From the NCBI GenBank assembly GCA_002633005.1, contig NMRA01000979.1:16835-80834 (forward strand): a stretch of DNA of 64,000 bases, in the 5' to 3' direction. This DNA is from Phoronis australis. Its lineage: Eukaryota > Animalia > Phoronida. Under the pieces are notes generated by a model. The model had not been told where the DNA came from and searched no databases. It worked only from the letters and a program-made list of their open reading frames with translations. A program made the translations under genes and the position numbers. Shown here piece by piece: positions 13,401 through 28,400 of the stretch (position 1 is the first letter of the stretch; every line of letters starts with the position of its first letter).

Positions 13401-16400
13401 CATTTTGTGGCCCAGTAGATGGCGCTAAAATAAACAGTGAAATTGAGTGAAAGACAAAGACATTGGGAAGCATAATAGCTCAAATCATGCCAAGACAAAA
13501 CTATATCATACAACTAGATGCATGTTCGTTTTAATGTTTCAAAAACACATAAACTACATGTACAGTTTATTATGGCTTCAGAAGCCGATTACTGAATACT
13601 TAGCAAACTACCATGCATGAACTATATCAGTGTCACCAATTTTTCGACCTAGTAAGTGTCACCAGAACGCATTCACAACAAACATAAAATGTAGAGCACA
13701 ACCTGGAGGAGGTATTTCAGTTCACTAATTCGTTAGAAAACGAACACCCGAGAAAATACCAAATATGAATTTACCCCAAACGACAGTTGTTTCATTTAAC
13801 CATTGGATATGATACCATGGAGACCCAAGAACACGACGAAACAAAACTTGAGTAGTAAATTACCTCTCGGATGGATAAATGGCATTAAAAATGTCAGTGT
13901 ATGAAAGGCAACACTAAATGAATGGATATGTGACCGGTGGAAGGAGGGAAAGCTAGCGTTAGGCACCCACAAGAGGTGTTGTATATGGAGGTAGAGAAAG
14001 GAATAAACCTTCACCTCTCACATATTTAAGCCAAAATGCGATTACCTTCTTCTTGTGTAGTGACATTCATCATGTCAACCTGCCCAGTTCGCGTTGGTCC
14101 CACTGGAGCAACTTCAATGACGTATGAGGAAAAGGGGAATACTTTCAACGATGTCCGATTTTCGTTCACACACGTCCAATTCGAGAAAGCTTCAGAAGTT
14201 CCAGGACACTGAGATCTAGACAACATTCTGTATCGCCATACATATCCCCTCAGTTGACATCCATCGTCTTGTGCTGGCCCCGTCCATTCGATATGTAATT
14301 CCCCATTCAGTTCCCCAGTTCGTATTTTTTCAACTCCACTCAGACGTTCTTCGTGTGACATAAATTTTGTTTCAATTGTCCAAGGTCCAGGACCTGTCGT
14401 TGTGTACGCCTGCACAATCACGGAGTAATTTGTGAAAGGAGAAAGATTTTGTAACAAAACAGACGTATTCACTGATTTGTAAGTGATGTTTACGAATGCC
14501 ACTGAACACCCCGTCGACAGCGTTGTTAACCGTACACTGTAATTTGTTATTATCCCGTTTCGTAAAGTGCAATCTGGTGGCAGCCATGACACATGGGCAG
14601 ACCTGGATGACACACTAATGCTGACATTTTGAGGTTCAATAGATGGCGCTACAAGAAACAGTGAAATAATGTCAATGACAATTACAATGCGAAGCACAAT
14701 GGCTCACATCACACAAAAACCACAAACACAATAACCTAAAAATAGTTATATCGTACAACTCGATACATTTTAATATTCAAAACAGCACATAAGCTACAGT
14801 TGATCATGACTTAAGATTCCCATTGCTGAATGCTTAGTAAAATATCAGACATAAACTATCACCAATTTACCAATCTAGAAAGTGCCACCAGATTGCATTT
14901 ATAACAAACAACAAATGAATAACATAATCTAGAGGAAGTCTTTCATTCACTAATCCTGAGAAAACGAGAACCCGAGAAAACACCAAATGATGAATTTCCT
15001 CCAAACGACAGTTGTTTCATTAATCATCCGATATGAAACTGTGAAGACCCAAGACCATTACGAAACAAAACTTTGAGATGTAAATAAGCTCTGGGAGGGA
15101 TAAATGGCATTAAAATGTCAGTGTATAAAAGACAACACTAGACAAATGGATATGTTAACGTTGGAAGGAGGTAAAGCTGACGTTAGGCACCCCCAAGAGG
15201 TGTTGTATATCGACCATGAGAAGGGAATAAAACTTCAGCTCTCACCATTTTCAGACAAAATTTGATTACCTTCTTCTCGTGTAGTGACGTTCATCATCTC
15301 AACCAGCCCAGTTCGCGTTGGTCCCACTGGAGCAACTTCAATGACGTATGACGAAAAGGGGAATACTTTCAACGATGTCTGATTTATGTTCACATACGTC
15401 CAATTCGAGAAAGCTTCCGAAGTTCCAGGACACTGAGATCTAAACAGCATTCTGTGTCGCCATACATATCCCCTCAGTTGACACCCGTCGTCTTGTGAGG
15501 GTGCCGTCCACTGGATATGTAATTCGCCACTCCGTTCCTCACTTTGTATTCTTTTAACTCGACTCAGACGTTCTTCGCGTGAACGAAACTTTGATTTAAT
15601 TGTCCAAGGCCCGGGACCTATCGCTGTGTATGCCCGCAATATCACGGAGTAATTTGTGAACGGAGAAAGGTTTGGTAACAAAACAGAGGTATTCACTGTT
15701 TTGTAAGTGGCGTTTACGAATGACACTGAACACCCCAAAGACAGCGCTGTTAACCGTATACTGTAATTAGTTATTATACCGTTCCGAAAAGTGCAATCTG
15801 GTGGCAGCCATGACACATGAGCAGACCTGGCAGAAGCACCAATGGTGATATTTTGTGGAGCAGTGGATGGTGCTACAAGGAACAGTGAAAAGTGTCATTG
15901 ATATGGATTATGAGAAGCGCATAGGCTATAATCATGCACATACCATAAACCAATTAACTTATCATTAGACAAATCATACAAGTATGTATCGCAGCAATAT
16001 AAATATCCTAAGTTTTTCATTGTTGGTTGGTCTTCAAGCATAAGCTAACAATGTCACTAATTTTGCCAATATTTTATTTGTCATCGAAACAAATTCACAT
16101 CGATTGCGAATGAGAAAATCCTTCAAACGGAATTGTTCATTTTAATCAGTTTCTGAGATATTTTCAAGCCACACGATCATGGGAAGACGATACCTAAAAG
16201 ATTTACTACCAACCGGATAAATGAGTATCAGGAAGAACCACCGGTGTATAAGAAATAGCAACAATGAACTGAGCAGCATATGAAAGGTGGAAGGACTTTG
16301 GGCACCCAAAAACGGTGCTTTACGAAGCATCAGAAACGAATAAAATTTGGTTTACCATCACTCTAAATGAGAATTTGATTACCTTCCTCCTTCGTAGTGA

Positions 16401-19400
16401 CGTTTATCTTCTCAACTGGCCCAGTAAGCGTAGGTCCCACTGGAGTAACTTCAATGGAGTATGTGGAAAAAGGGAATACCTTCAATGATGCCTGTGTGTC
16501 ATTCACATACTCCCATTTTGAGACAGGCTCAGAAGTTCCAAGACACCGAGATCTAGACACCAACGTGTATCGCCACGCAAACCGCTTCAGTTGGCACCCA
16601 TTGTCTTCTGGAGGAGACTTCCAACTAATATGTAGTTTTCCATTGCGTTCGAAGGCTTTTAATGTTTGCACTCCACTCAGACGTTGTTCGTGTGTAGTAA
16701 ACCTTGTTTCAACTGTCCAGGGCCCAGCACCTCTTCTTGTACACGCTCGCACTCTCACAGAATAATTGGTGAACGAAGAAATGTTTGAAAACAGAAACGA
16801 CGTATTTGTTGTTTCATAAATGATGTTGATGGATGAATTTGAACACCCTGCGGAGAGTGTTGTTAACCGTAAATAGTACTTCGTTATTACCCCGTTGCGT
16901 GAAGAGCAATTTGGTTGGAGCCATGACACGTGGGCAGAGCTGACTGAAGCATTAGTGCTAACACTTTGTGGAACACCAGATGGAGCTAGAGGGAATATAG
17001 GAAATGATGATGCAGAGTATTAGGAGTGATGTATCTATGCCATCTACATACCACAAATGTACGAGTCCTCATCAGAACCTGATCAAAGTAAGCCTGCAAA
17101 CTATAAACATGACAAATGGAGCCTCGGGACCCTGTAGTGTGAGATTGTCAGAAATCTAAGATTTCTAAGATGGATACGCATGAAATCAATATGAATTCCG
17201 CTGACCCACGCGTGGAAATTCTGCAGTCCCGGACTAAAGATTAGCATACACTGATTCTCAGATATCAGACAAGATGAAGCAAAATGATGGTATCTTTCCA
17301 TATTTCAAAAACTAAAAAAAACTGTTAAATTATAATAAGGCTCTCATTAAAGTAAATAAGGAACAATGACGGTTTCAAGTATATGTCTTGTTTGTACATT
17401 CTTCAAGCTCACCATCTTCAAGAGTAACTCCCTCTATCGACCTTTCTTCGCCCATAGATTCTGTTTTAGCCACAACCTTGATCTCATACTTAGAATTTGG
17501 CTGGAGAGCAGTGATGTTCTTCCTGGTCGATTTAAGAATTTCTTTAACTTCGTTTCCAGTTTGCAAATCTGCACACTGCACCACTTGAACCAGGCTATGC
17601 GTTAACTCGTATCCCATGATGGAACAACCATTATCTTCGGGTTCCTTCCACATAATCACCATAGAGCGGCTGGTTGTGTTGGAGGGATGTATAATTAGAT
17701 TCTGTACGGGGCCTGGTGCTAGAGAACAACACACAAAAACTAACTGAGTGTTTCAATAACTCGTACTTAAGATAACAACATGATCAAAATGTAGGGTGCA
17801 AAATGAATCAAGACTAATCAGCCTATGTGCATTTTTGGCACTGAGAATGAACAACCTGACAATGTTAATCCACTAGAATAACGTGTGAAGTGGATTGCCA
17901 TCGTCGTGACTGTGATACCGCGTGAACATTCCTGAAAAGCTAGACCAGTAAACAAACACAATGACAAAGGAATATAGGCACAGCAGATGCAAAATTGAAA
18001 AAAGCGACACCAGTCGGAATAATTGACTAAAGTCATCTCCATCGCTAGAGAAATACCTCTATTCCTGCTAGTAATGGTCTTTTCATCGGACAGGCTTGAC
18101 ATGTGTTTATTGAAGGCTCTGATTCTTACTCGCCAGGTGGTGCACGCAGCCGTATACAGTGAGGTACTACTCGATGTAACGTTGGGCAACATAATCCACT
18201 TGCTACCTGTTGTTGTGTTGATATACTCTATTACATAATAGCCAGGTGTTCCGCATCTCCAGTTAAATAGGTCAACCTGAATGTGTCAGAAAGGAAATGG
18301 ATTATACATGAACATGAAAAGAGATTTCGCCAATATTAATTTTCTTGAAGGAGATCGTTATCTTTTTGAAGGCCTCATATTTTCATTTTGACACATTTTA
18401 CCTAGGTTAACAGGTATTATGAACCTGACAAAAATTACCGAAACCTTTGTAGATTTGTAATGTAAAGCTTATGGGCTAGAGGTTACCTTGCTATACCCCG
18501 GCCACTTTCTGAGAGTTTAATATATCAACTCAGATGACATATGATATTCATGACTTTTTACGACCAGATACAGTAATCAATGCGAGAATTCCAACATACG
18601 TTGGACATGAAAATGTCTGCAGTTGGGCATCGTGTGTACATTTTAGCCACAGTATAGACTAGTTTAGAGGTCCACAACAATTCTAGGTCGAGTTCCTGTC
18701 ATTCTATAAGTGACGTATATCAATGGCCAGTCTTCAATATCGGCCTGTTAAACGTCCTGGCGACATCACTAGAAAGACGAGTACGCCCATCAAGTTCTGC
18801 TTGAACAAAGACATGTTGTTTGAACGTTTGAAACCAAACGAAATACGAGCATGGATCCACTTACATCCGTCGCTGACCTAACGACCCGCGTGACGACAAC
18901 TGCGTTCGACATATTGGTGCCGTCACCCGGATCTTCTAATATAATGCTCAGATGAACTCGGGCACTTACTGCAGACTGGATACAGTACCCAACATGATTG
19001 TTAATTAGCAATGTTTTTTAAATGAAACAAATCTTACCAAAATGGTTATGTTAGCCGAGTCAATCTCCCTGTTTGACAATGTGAACTGGGGGGTTTCTGG
19101 TTCTGAAATGCATAATTTGATTGAATATCACACAATAAATGCAGGAACAGTAATGCAAAAATTACACTTTGTCTTTCAACCACACTGGTCTTTATGTAAA
19201 ATCCCAAACTTTCCTGACTTTTTTTACGTTTTACAGGCTTTTTTTCTTGTAAATTGTTATTTATGTAAACACCATTGTGAAACAAGGCTACTACGTTCGT
19301 ACCATCCCGATCGTAGCATCACACTTACCCTAGAACGGAGCTTTAACCACGCATCTGAGGACATCATAAATCAAGTAAATCACGTGACTTTCAAAGTGGG

Positions 19401-22400
19401 AAATAACTAGCGGGATTACTTTCATCCATGAAGGGAATCGAGGCGTCGGAAATATCCTTGATAGTCCGGATTCTAACGTACCTGCGCAGACTTCTACTTC
19501 AGGACTTGCGTTCCCAAGGAGATCATCTCCAATCTTGATCCGTATCCTTACTTTGTATATCTGGGTAGCGTTCGCTTTCGAGATATTGCAAGTAAAAACT
19601 GTCTCATTCCTAATATTGACAACTTCTTTTGATAGCCAGCTCTTATCATCCTTCTGTTTGTACTCAACAACGTATTTTTCCACATGTCCCACGCCATGGC
19701 CAGTCCCACTCCGCCACCGAGTCCACCGGATGTATAAAGCTTGCCCTGTTCTGGTAACGACAGTCGGAGGTTGCTTGAGTCTGGCGATTTCTGTAAAGAG
19801 GTATATTCAAAGAAAAGTAATCTCTAAGAATCATGTTCTATTAAGAATCAGACGATGTTTTGTTCGTACATGTACAATAAACTAGCGGTCGATTAACCTT
19901 AAAGCAAATACTTAGGCGGCAGTAAAGCTACCTTCCGTCAGAGAAATCCACCTCTTATTTTTCAGACTACTTGCCGTTAAGAAGTTGGCGAAAATTTATT
20001 GCAGCTTTAAATGATTTAAATACTGAAATACGCTTAGCATACTTAATTTGATGTCATTTCATGTTATACTTAATTATTTTGATGTCATTTCATGTTTACC
20101 AACCTGTTCGACAGTATGGGTATGTCATGTACCCAGGAGCACAAGCACCATCTGGACAGTGACCAGTATAAGGACTACAGGTGGCGTTACTGTCACAATG
20201 GCCGCACGTCTGCTCACAGTCAGCACCGTAATATCCATGACTGCAGCCTTAAAAGTTAACCCACAAAATAACAGGACATGCAAACAAAAGTTGACAGCAT
20301 TTGACCAAGAAAAGGAAACCACTTTCTTTTATTCACCATATTTGTAACCAACTCAACATTATTATCAAGATTCCAAAATATTGTTCCTATATCTTGTTTT
20401 GAGAAACTTCATCAAAACCTATTTAGGATTTTCTTTCTTGTTTCTTTTTTGTGCACCTGTAGTGTATTTGAGCTTGCAAGAATTGAATTATTGCGGATAA
20501 ATAAAACAAAACAAAAATAATATATGTTTTAGGCTGCATTGGGAATTTCAGGGTCACTGCTCTACAATTAATTATTTTAGAGAAGTTACCAGATGGGAAC
20601 CTTAATTACAAGAGATAACAATACCCAATGTGTAATTGAGTATCGAATACTAAGTGGCAGACCGCAGTATAAAACCAAATGAATACATAATATCAAATGG
20701 GTATTGACCGATTGCCTACCAAGTGGCTCGAGCAAAACGGCAAATTCAATAATAAGTACCAACTGGGTGCAAACTGCCAAATGGGAAATATCACTGACAT
20801 GGCTGCAATTACAAATTGAATAGCTTGCACACGAGTCTGGTCATTTCAGCAGTCAGAGCTTGAAACTTTTTTTAAAAGAACGACATTGTACACCTGGGCC
20901 TGAGAATTAATCTATACTCGAAGCTCGACCTGAAATTTGATCAAGTACAGTGCTCTTACAAAGTAAACTTTCAAATTTGTATTGAATAGGAGTCTGATTT
21001 GAGTTTAAAGAACTCGATGTCTCGGTCTGTGTACAACGCAGCACACAATAAAATACCAATGCAATTTTGCATACAATAAATGGTCACAAACCTTGACTGC
21101 ACGCCATTCCCTTGAATCCAGCAACACACGAACACCCGTATGGATCATTGGTACACACATACTTTCCTCGACACCCGTCCACGTGACCGTCTTCCGAGCA
21201 GGAAAATGAGCAGTTACTTCCAAATCGGTTGCCTCCACAACCTAACGGCGCAAAAGAAGTATCTCCAGTCAGCTATTAGTGCTTTTTAACGATAACACTA
21301 TCTTTCAACAAAAGTAAAATCGCAATTGCCAGGGCAAGAAAACTGACTGGATTTTGGCTCCTCAAAACTGTTTTTAAGTTATTTAACAAGCACAGTGTAG
21401 CTCAGTTCAAATTGTTTGTGAAATGAGAGTTTATGTAAGATTACTAATTAGACGAGTTGTCGTTAGAAAGCAAGAGACGACTGTTCTCGCCAATCTTCAG
21501 TGCCATGTTACCTTTGAAGGAGGCGTGATACCTCCGACGTTATAAGAGTGTTTTTTGCGAGTATTGCCCAGCAGACCTGATTGAATTCGAATTCAATGAT
21601 CTTTCCCGGATCGATCAACACCTACATTTCATTAATCACGTGGTCATTGTCATTGAGCTGGTTAGTTAGTAGTATTTGCAGTAGTGTAAGGTAGTGCTTA
21701 CGTTTTATAGTGACTTTAAGTAGGCCTACAGCCTGCACATCAATTCCAACAACATATGAATTGTAATAAGAATATGTACACAGACCGAATTAGGCCATTT
21801 GTCATTCAACACACGACAGGAGAGCAATGAAGAAAGTATTAATATAATTAAGTCTATGCTTCCACGCGGACTTGACTAATCTTGAAAATTATCCATGACA
21901 AAGGTGGAATATTAATGTTAGGCACTAAGTTAATCATAAACTGAACCATCAAATGTTGCAATCCATCTTAATTGTGAATGAGATACAACATACACGTAAC
22001 CTTTCATAGACAGCAGTATATGACATGTTATCCCATACGCGTTGAATCTATCGAGGGAAATACGGACATTTAATATTCGTTTTTGTATTCACCTGCCGCA
22101 CTACTTTAACAGTGACCTCTGACATGGATAGTTCAAAAGCCAGGTAGGGCAATGTCGACTCGACATCGTTAGGTGGTTATGTAATCAAACTTTCCGAAAA
22201 TAGCTTAAAGTGATACAATTGCAGCGGTGTAAATAATACTCAACATGTAATCAGGTCTCAATCGTAACATCTGGAACAGGGTTGTTAATTATATGACAGT
22301 TCTGTCTCAGTTTTCATTTCCTAATTATTATATCGTCTGCAACTAAGGTGCCGATTCCTCGGTATCTACGATATCAAATGTTGTTTTTATTTAATTATTT

Positions 22401-25400
22401 TCAGTAGACGTTACAAGTTCAGTGCAAATTTGCCGGTGTTCTCCTCCCTGTTATCTCTTTTCAAGTAATACATCGTTACATTTAAAACTGTTTCTTTTGC
22501 TACAAAAACTTGCAACCTAACGCACAAGTACATACATATAGGATGTGATCCGCCACGTGAGCAGTCTGAGTGAAGTATTTAAAAAATCTGTGGAAAACTG
22601 AAACAAACTTAGGAATTCGAAGCGTATCGACATTATTCTGCATTTCGACCTCGACCTTCGGTCTCGGTCGATACGCAGAATAATGACTCGTAGGATATTA
22701 CATCATGTACGCCACTCTTGGTGCGCTTTGTGTATTTATGTATGTCATAACGATAAGTTTCCATGAGAAGATTAAGAGTTACAGCCCTATGCTTGGCCAA
22801 TAGGGAGCGCTGGAAACGTGACCTATAATGTTTTATACATTGTGAGTTGCATGCCAATGCTTGAGTAAAATATAATTGTTTATGCGAATCATCACGTGCT
22901 TTCACCTATCGAACAGATATCTCCGCGAAATCCCGGGGGGCATATACACTCGCCCGTGATGTCGTGACAAACACCTCCGTTCTCACATTGCGGACAGTCG
23001 TCTGTGCAGTCGCCACCAAATCTACCTCGACGGCAAACTAGAAAATGAATTGAAATCAGATTATACAGAGTCAAAATATTTACATTACACCCTACTGACC
23101 CTCAGTTACGGATCTTAAATCTTACAGTGTGACGGGACATTGAAGGAGAATGTCAGCCTGAAAGCAACCTATTTTTGTATCAATTTAAATCGAGTAGTTC
23201 CACTTGATAATAGCCACTACAGCTCTGTTACTTGACACCTGACGACAGACGGAGGTGTTGAAATTAATTAATGACGTCAGAGGTTTGAACACAGTGAAAT
23301 CACTGTCGGTAAAATGCCGGCCACTGACGGATACGGAGAAGTTTCACGGCCTCACACTTGGTATTAACGGCGTACGTTTCCTTTATCGTTACTGCGAGCT
23401 TCTTTCGGAGCATTATGGGCTCTCGAGGAAATCGAAAAACGATATACCAGCTTTCTTCGCAGCTTCATAGTTCGCACAAGCGGGAAAGATACACCACACC
23501 ATTGCGTCACTCACTCTGCAGAAGAACCATTGACGTAGCGGCATCGTTTCTTATCTCCCTCACAGGTTAACGCGGCAAATATCGACTAGATAAGATTGAC
23601 CGTATACGAGGTTCTGCTGGTATAGACCGATTAAGACAGTAAAAAATACTAATTAAATCGGGTGGCATTCTCCTTTAATGACGCTCTGACCTTAATGCAA
23701 GCATATTTTTTAATCATACCACACAGCACTGAACCCAACGTCGATTATTCAATCGTGCAGAGCTATTCAGAACAATTTGCTTTGTTACAAAATGGAAAGA
23801 TGTAATGTATACAAATATGATTTGTTAAAACATTGTTCCAGACATAAAAAACATAGTTGAAGAAGACCTTGTAACAATTTTTTTTTAACAGCGATACATA
23901 TTTTCAACCTCTAACAATTAGTCGAGTAATCCCAAGCACTTCTCCACTTGACAGACGGATGGTGTAGACTCCACCGTGTCCCTCCTCTACGCTGTCGATG
24001 CTGTTTGTTAGACTTCCCTGCCAGCTACTTATGTATCCCTCATTGTAAAATCCTTGGTTGTCTTTTTGCCACTGTATACCTAATGGGCCTATACCGTCGA
24101 ATGTTATTGTTGCGCGATCTCCGACGCTAACTCTCGTTGCTAGAGCGCTTGAAGCTTGTAAAAGATCAAGGAAACCAACATGTCAGGCTTATGAGAAACA
24201 AGCATTTGCCTTAAAGATAAAATCAAATATTTTATTGATGCTATCATTGAGTAGGCCACATGTTGAGCATGGAGATATAAAATCGACAAAAATGAAATTC
24301 AACCGTTTTCGAACTGGACTATGTTGAGATACAAGCACAAAACTGGGACATACGTGTATACTCACTTCATTTCAACTGCAATCTGTTTCAATTTTGGCTA
24401 AAACTTGACACCGATTTCTCACCAAACTGACAAAATTGCGACAGCATATTCCAAAAATATACATGTACAACATTAGTAAACAGTTAGGGGTAAGGTGTAT
24501 TAACTTCACATAAAACTTCCACAAAGCTTTGACAAAAACGTCTTTATTATTGCGACGAAGGTTCGATTATGCTGCCAACTAATTTTGTCAAGATGGTAGA
24601 GTTCTGTTAAAGTTTGTCTAGTTTATTTTTGAAATTACTATCTACTCAAATACCTGCAATCACTGGTTTCCCCCACACTTCCACTTCACACAAAGAAAGC
24701 GTTTCTGATTTGCTGTTGCCATTCTTTATGATGTACAGATATCTCCCAATGACGGGACGGTCACAAGCTATATACACTGTAGTGGCGTCACTAATGTTGC
24801 CGGTGTGGTGTTTGCACAGAGCGTCGGTAGAGGTCGCTGATGGAGTGTCACTTGTATTGGAGACCCGGACTTCAAAATCTTTTAAAGATTCGTCAAGATC
24901 TGGATGCACATAGCAATTCTTATTCATAATTAAGTACATGTACCATAAAATTGATATCAATCTGAAATTGTTATGACGAGCACGGGAATACATGTATTTT
25001 CGTGTAGATGCTCAAATACTTTTCGTGTTCTGCTGTTTCAAAAAGAGTACTTTCTGAGTACGGAGTCTCACTCTATGTCGTTGTAGTCCACAGAAATCCG
25101 CTTTGAAAACCGGGTCTGAAATATTTCTCCGTAGCTAATTAAATCTTATGTCACACACACTTAATGGCACAGAACTCAAGTCCTGGAATATCAACTTCGG
25201 TCTGGCGTTGCTGAGGTTACGCCACGCATGCGTGGCATTTCTTTGCATGTGTTTGTTCCGGTGTTGCTCATTCCTGTGGAACTTACTGGCTCTAAAACTC
25301 TTTGGAAATCTGCCGCTTTTCAACTGAATTGCAAAAAGTCATATTACTAGAAGGACTTGAAAAATTGTTGATGGTGAAGACCGCAGCAGAAGCAAACGTT

Positions 25401-28400
25401 AAATAATTTAATTCATTAAAATCATCATTTCGCATACCTGACAGATTTAAAATGTTTTTTTTTTAATTCTAAAAACCTAAAGTGTCACCAAAATTGAAAA
25501 AATAACAAGGCGTAATAGTACCTTAAACAGCAACGCTGAACGTTGATATCGCATATAGTGCAGATAGAAAATATTGTCACACATTTATACATGCTCACTC
25601 ATAAAGAATTAAAAGTGACACTGATGCACAGTGGCAGTCAGATACGTCCAAACGTCACCTGTTGTCACCCTCATAGAAAAATGCTTGCCAAATTTCACAA
25701 AGACCCAGCAGGGAGAAACACCTGAGGATGCAAAGATAACAAACTGCCATTAGGGGGCGCTTAAGTAGTCGAACTGTAAAACATTGTCAGCAATTCTCTT
25801 CCTACCAGGGACACATTTACTGATTTCCATAACAATTAGTAGAGTGCTTTGGCCGATAGAGTGATGGACGCCAAAGACAGCAACTCGGAGGCGTACTTTA
25901 AGTAAAATCAATCTGAAAACAAAAAGTGTCATCGAAGTTTACCAAATTTCATAAAAATCTGCCAAGGAACTCCTGAGGATAACGGAGAAAAATAAAAAGG
26001 CCACACACGAACACAGCGTTCATTGGATAAGTCCAAAGGTCGTTGTCACATGTTGTTACCTTCATTAATACAGATAAGGTATAGAATATACAGCTAAGAA
26101 CGCAACAAAGAGAAAATTGCAACTAGGAGGCACCACGGTAGTGGGCGCCGTCCAAACATCATCGTCACATGTCCTTTTCCAAGAAAGAAGATATAATTAT
26201 CCTAAGAGTGGTTTGGATGACACAGAGGCTGACGCCAAAAGCAGACTCAAAAATAATAAAAAGGTCACTAGGTGGCGTGTACAACGTCAACTCCTTGTGA
26301 AAACAGAAAGATGTCATCGTCTATTCACCAAATTTCATGCAAATCCGGCCAGAAACTCCAAAGACACATAGAAAAACGGAAAAATACAATTGCCCCTAGG
26401 GGACACAGGAGTTGATGAATACGTCGGAAAGTCGACATCACCTGCTGTTGCCTTCATATAAATACACCTGCCAAACTTAACAAAAATCCTGCAAAGGAAT
26501 TAACAGATACAACCACGGACGCAAAAACAAAACTGCCACTAGGAGGAGCCACTGGAGTCGGAGCTGTCCGAAAATCATCGTAAGCCGTCAACTTCCTAGT
26601 AGGAACATCTGTCATAATCAATGTTATTGTGGTTTGGTCAGTTGACGGGTAGATAGCAAAACCAGACTCGAAAACCGTAAAAAAAAAAGAAAAAACAAAA
26701 CAAACGGCCACTAGGTGGTGCAAGATAGTCTAATCCACTTGAAAACGTAAAAATAGCGTCATATTTTTAATACATGTAGATACCTATTTGCCAAATTTCG
26801 TGAAAATTTATCGAACACCGAAGATACGGAGGCAAACTTAAACTACTGAATTTGGCACTAGGAGGCACACCGGTAGTCGGTGATACTGGAACAGGTATTG
26901 TGCATTACCTTAAACAAGAGACATTGGAAGACATCTTTTAAGATAATGTTACTAAAGAAAGTGGACTGTGCAAATTAACAATATGCATGGCAAAAAGACA
27001 AATGAACACCTGTTCCACAGATGTCATCATTTGAGAATAAGAACACGGGGGAACTGGACATAAAGGCGGGAATTCAAGATAAAATGCAAAACATTTGGTT
27101 CTATGCCAAAACGCAAAAGTGTAATGTTCCCCAATAGACAAGAAAACATCAGCGTTTTTTTCGAACCCGAATTATTACACGCAAAATCGCGCGATGGCTT
27201 TTTTTAAAGTCAAATTCTCAATTCCAGGTTAATAAAAAATCATGAACCTTGTCGTTTTTTCTTTTTGGTTGAACAGGGAAATACTGCTATGTAGTGTGAG
27301 AAATTACAGTGTCGCCGTGTGTCAAAAAGCGGGATATTTTGATCGTGCGACGAAATGTCAGGATTTTTTACAAGGTTAACTTTACATTTTTAAATTTTAT
27401 TTCCGTTGTTGGTCAGTGTTCGAACATCACCGAATAAGTGTGCTGACACGCCGTGCCAGTTAGTCTGAAAATTTACTGGCCTGGCTGCCAAATTGCTTTT
27501 AAATGTTACTGACCCAGCTGCAAATCCAATGGCCCCGGGCCAGGCCACCGTGTATTTCGAACACTGGTGTAGGTACAACAGATAATATTCACTGTCAAAT
27601 CACCTGGGTAACAGGTAAACATTCTAGAAATCAATTATTTTTGAAACAATTGAAATGAGTAACAGGGTATGCAAAAACAAACTAACCCTAACCCTAAAAC
27701 TTTAATTCTTTAAATACATTGAACACATCGAAAATGGGAAGGAGTTCGTCCTCTCTCAAGATTATTTTTCCAAATTTTATTAAAATCCGTTAAAGAACTC
27801 CAAAGATACAAAGGCGAACGTTAAAAAAATACCAAATGCCGTCGCCGTCGTTGTCTGTTGTCAACTTCATATCAATACACTTGCCAAACATAATGAAAAT
27901 CCTGCATAGAGATGCAGCAACATATGCAAAACACTGTCACAAGAGGTACATCGGTAGTCCGAATGGTCCGAAAATCATTATCAGTCATTCGCTTCAAAAT
28001 GCCAGTGGTTTATTTGATATAGCGTCGGAGGCCAACAAACAGACCAGAAGACAGTAAAAATGGCCACTATTTGACGCAAAATACGTCGAGCCTACCCGAA
28101 AACGGGAAAATGTCATCAATTACCAAATTTAATAAAAATCCGTCAAGAAACTTCAGAGAAACAGAGGGATACGGAAGAAAATGAAACTGCCACTAACGTG
28201 AACAAAGTTCTTAGAATCCGTCTGAAAGTCGTCGTCGTCCGTTTTCAAATTCATAAAAATACACCCGTAAGTTCAATAAAAATCCTGCAATGAGCTAAGG
28301 AGATAAAGCTATGGGCGCAATTACAGAACCACACTGCCACTAGGAGGCACCACAGTAGTCGAAGTCGTCCAAAATCATCGTCAGCGATCCTCTTCACCTT

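Larger units (their letters stand above)
12822..16985. repeat. Tandem genomic duplication of a 603-nt exon plus intron (period 1224 bp for three copies)
   Basis: Exon ends at 12822, 14046, 15270 and 16383; introns 13425-14045 and 14649-15269 are both 621 nt and alignable. Confidence 0.93.

Noticed and set aside
16397-16765. Plus-strand ORFs over FN3 exons (also 2868-3185, 11831-12130, 19535-19885, 24614-24913)
   Set aside because: Antisense shadows of real minus-strand exons with no recognisable motifs
12778-16985. Regular repeats that might suggest a CRISPR-like or diversity-generating cassette array
   Set aside because: They are ordinary duplicated spliceosomal exons with introns; no repeat-spacer structure, reverse transcriptase or recombination signals are visible
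27682-27696. TAACCCTAACCCTAA telomere-like motif
   Set aside because: Only two units; common inside invertebrate interspersed repeats
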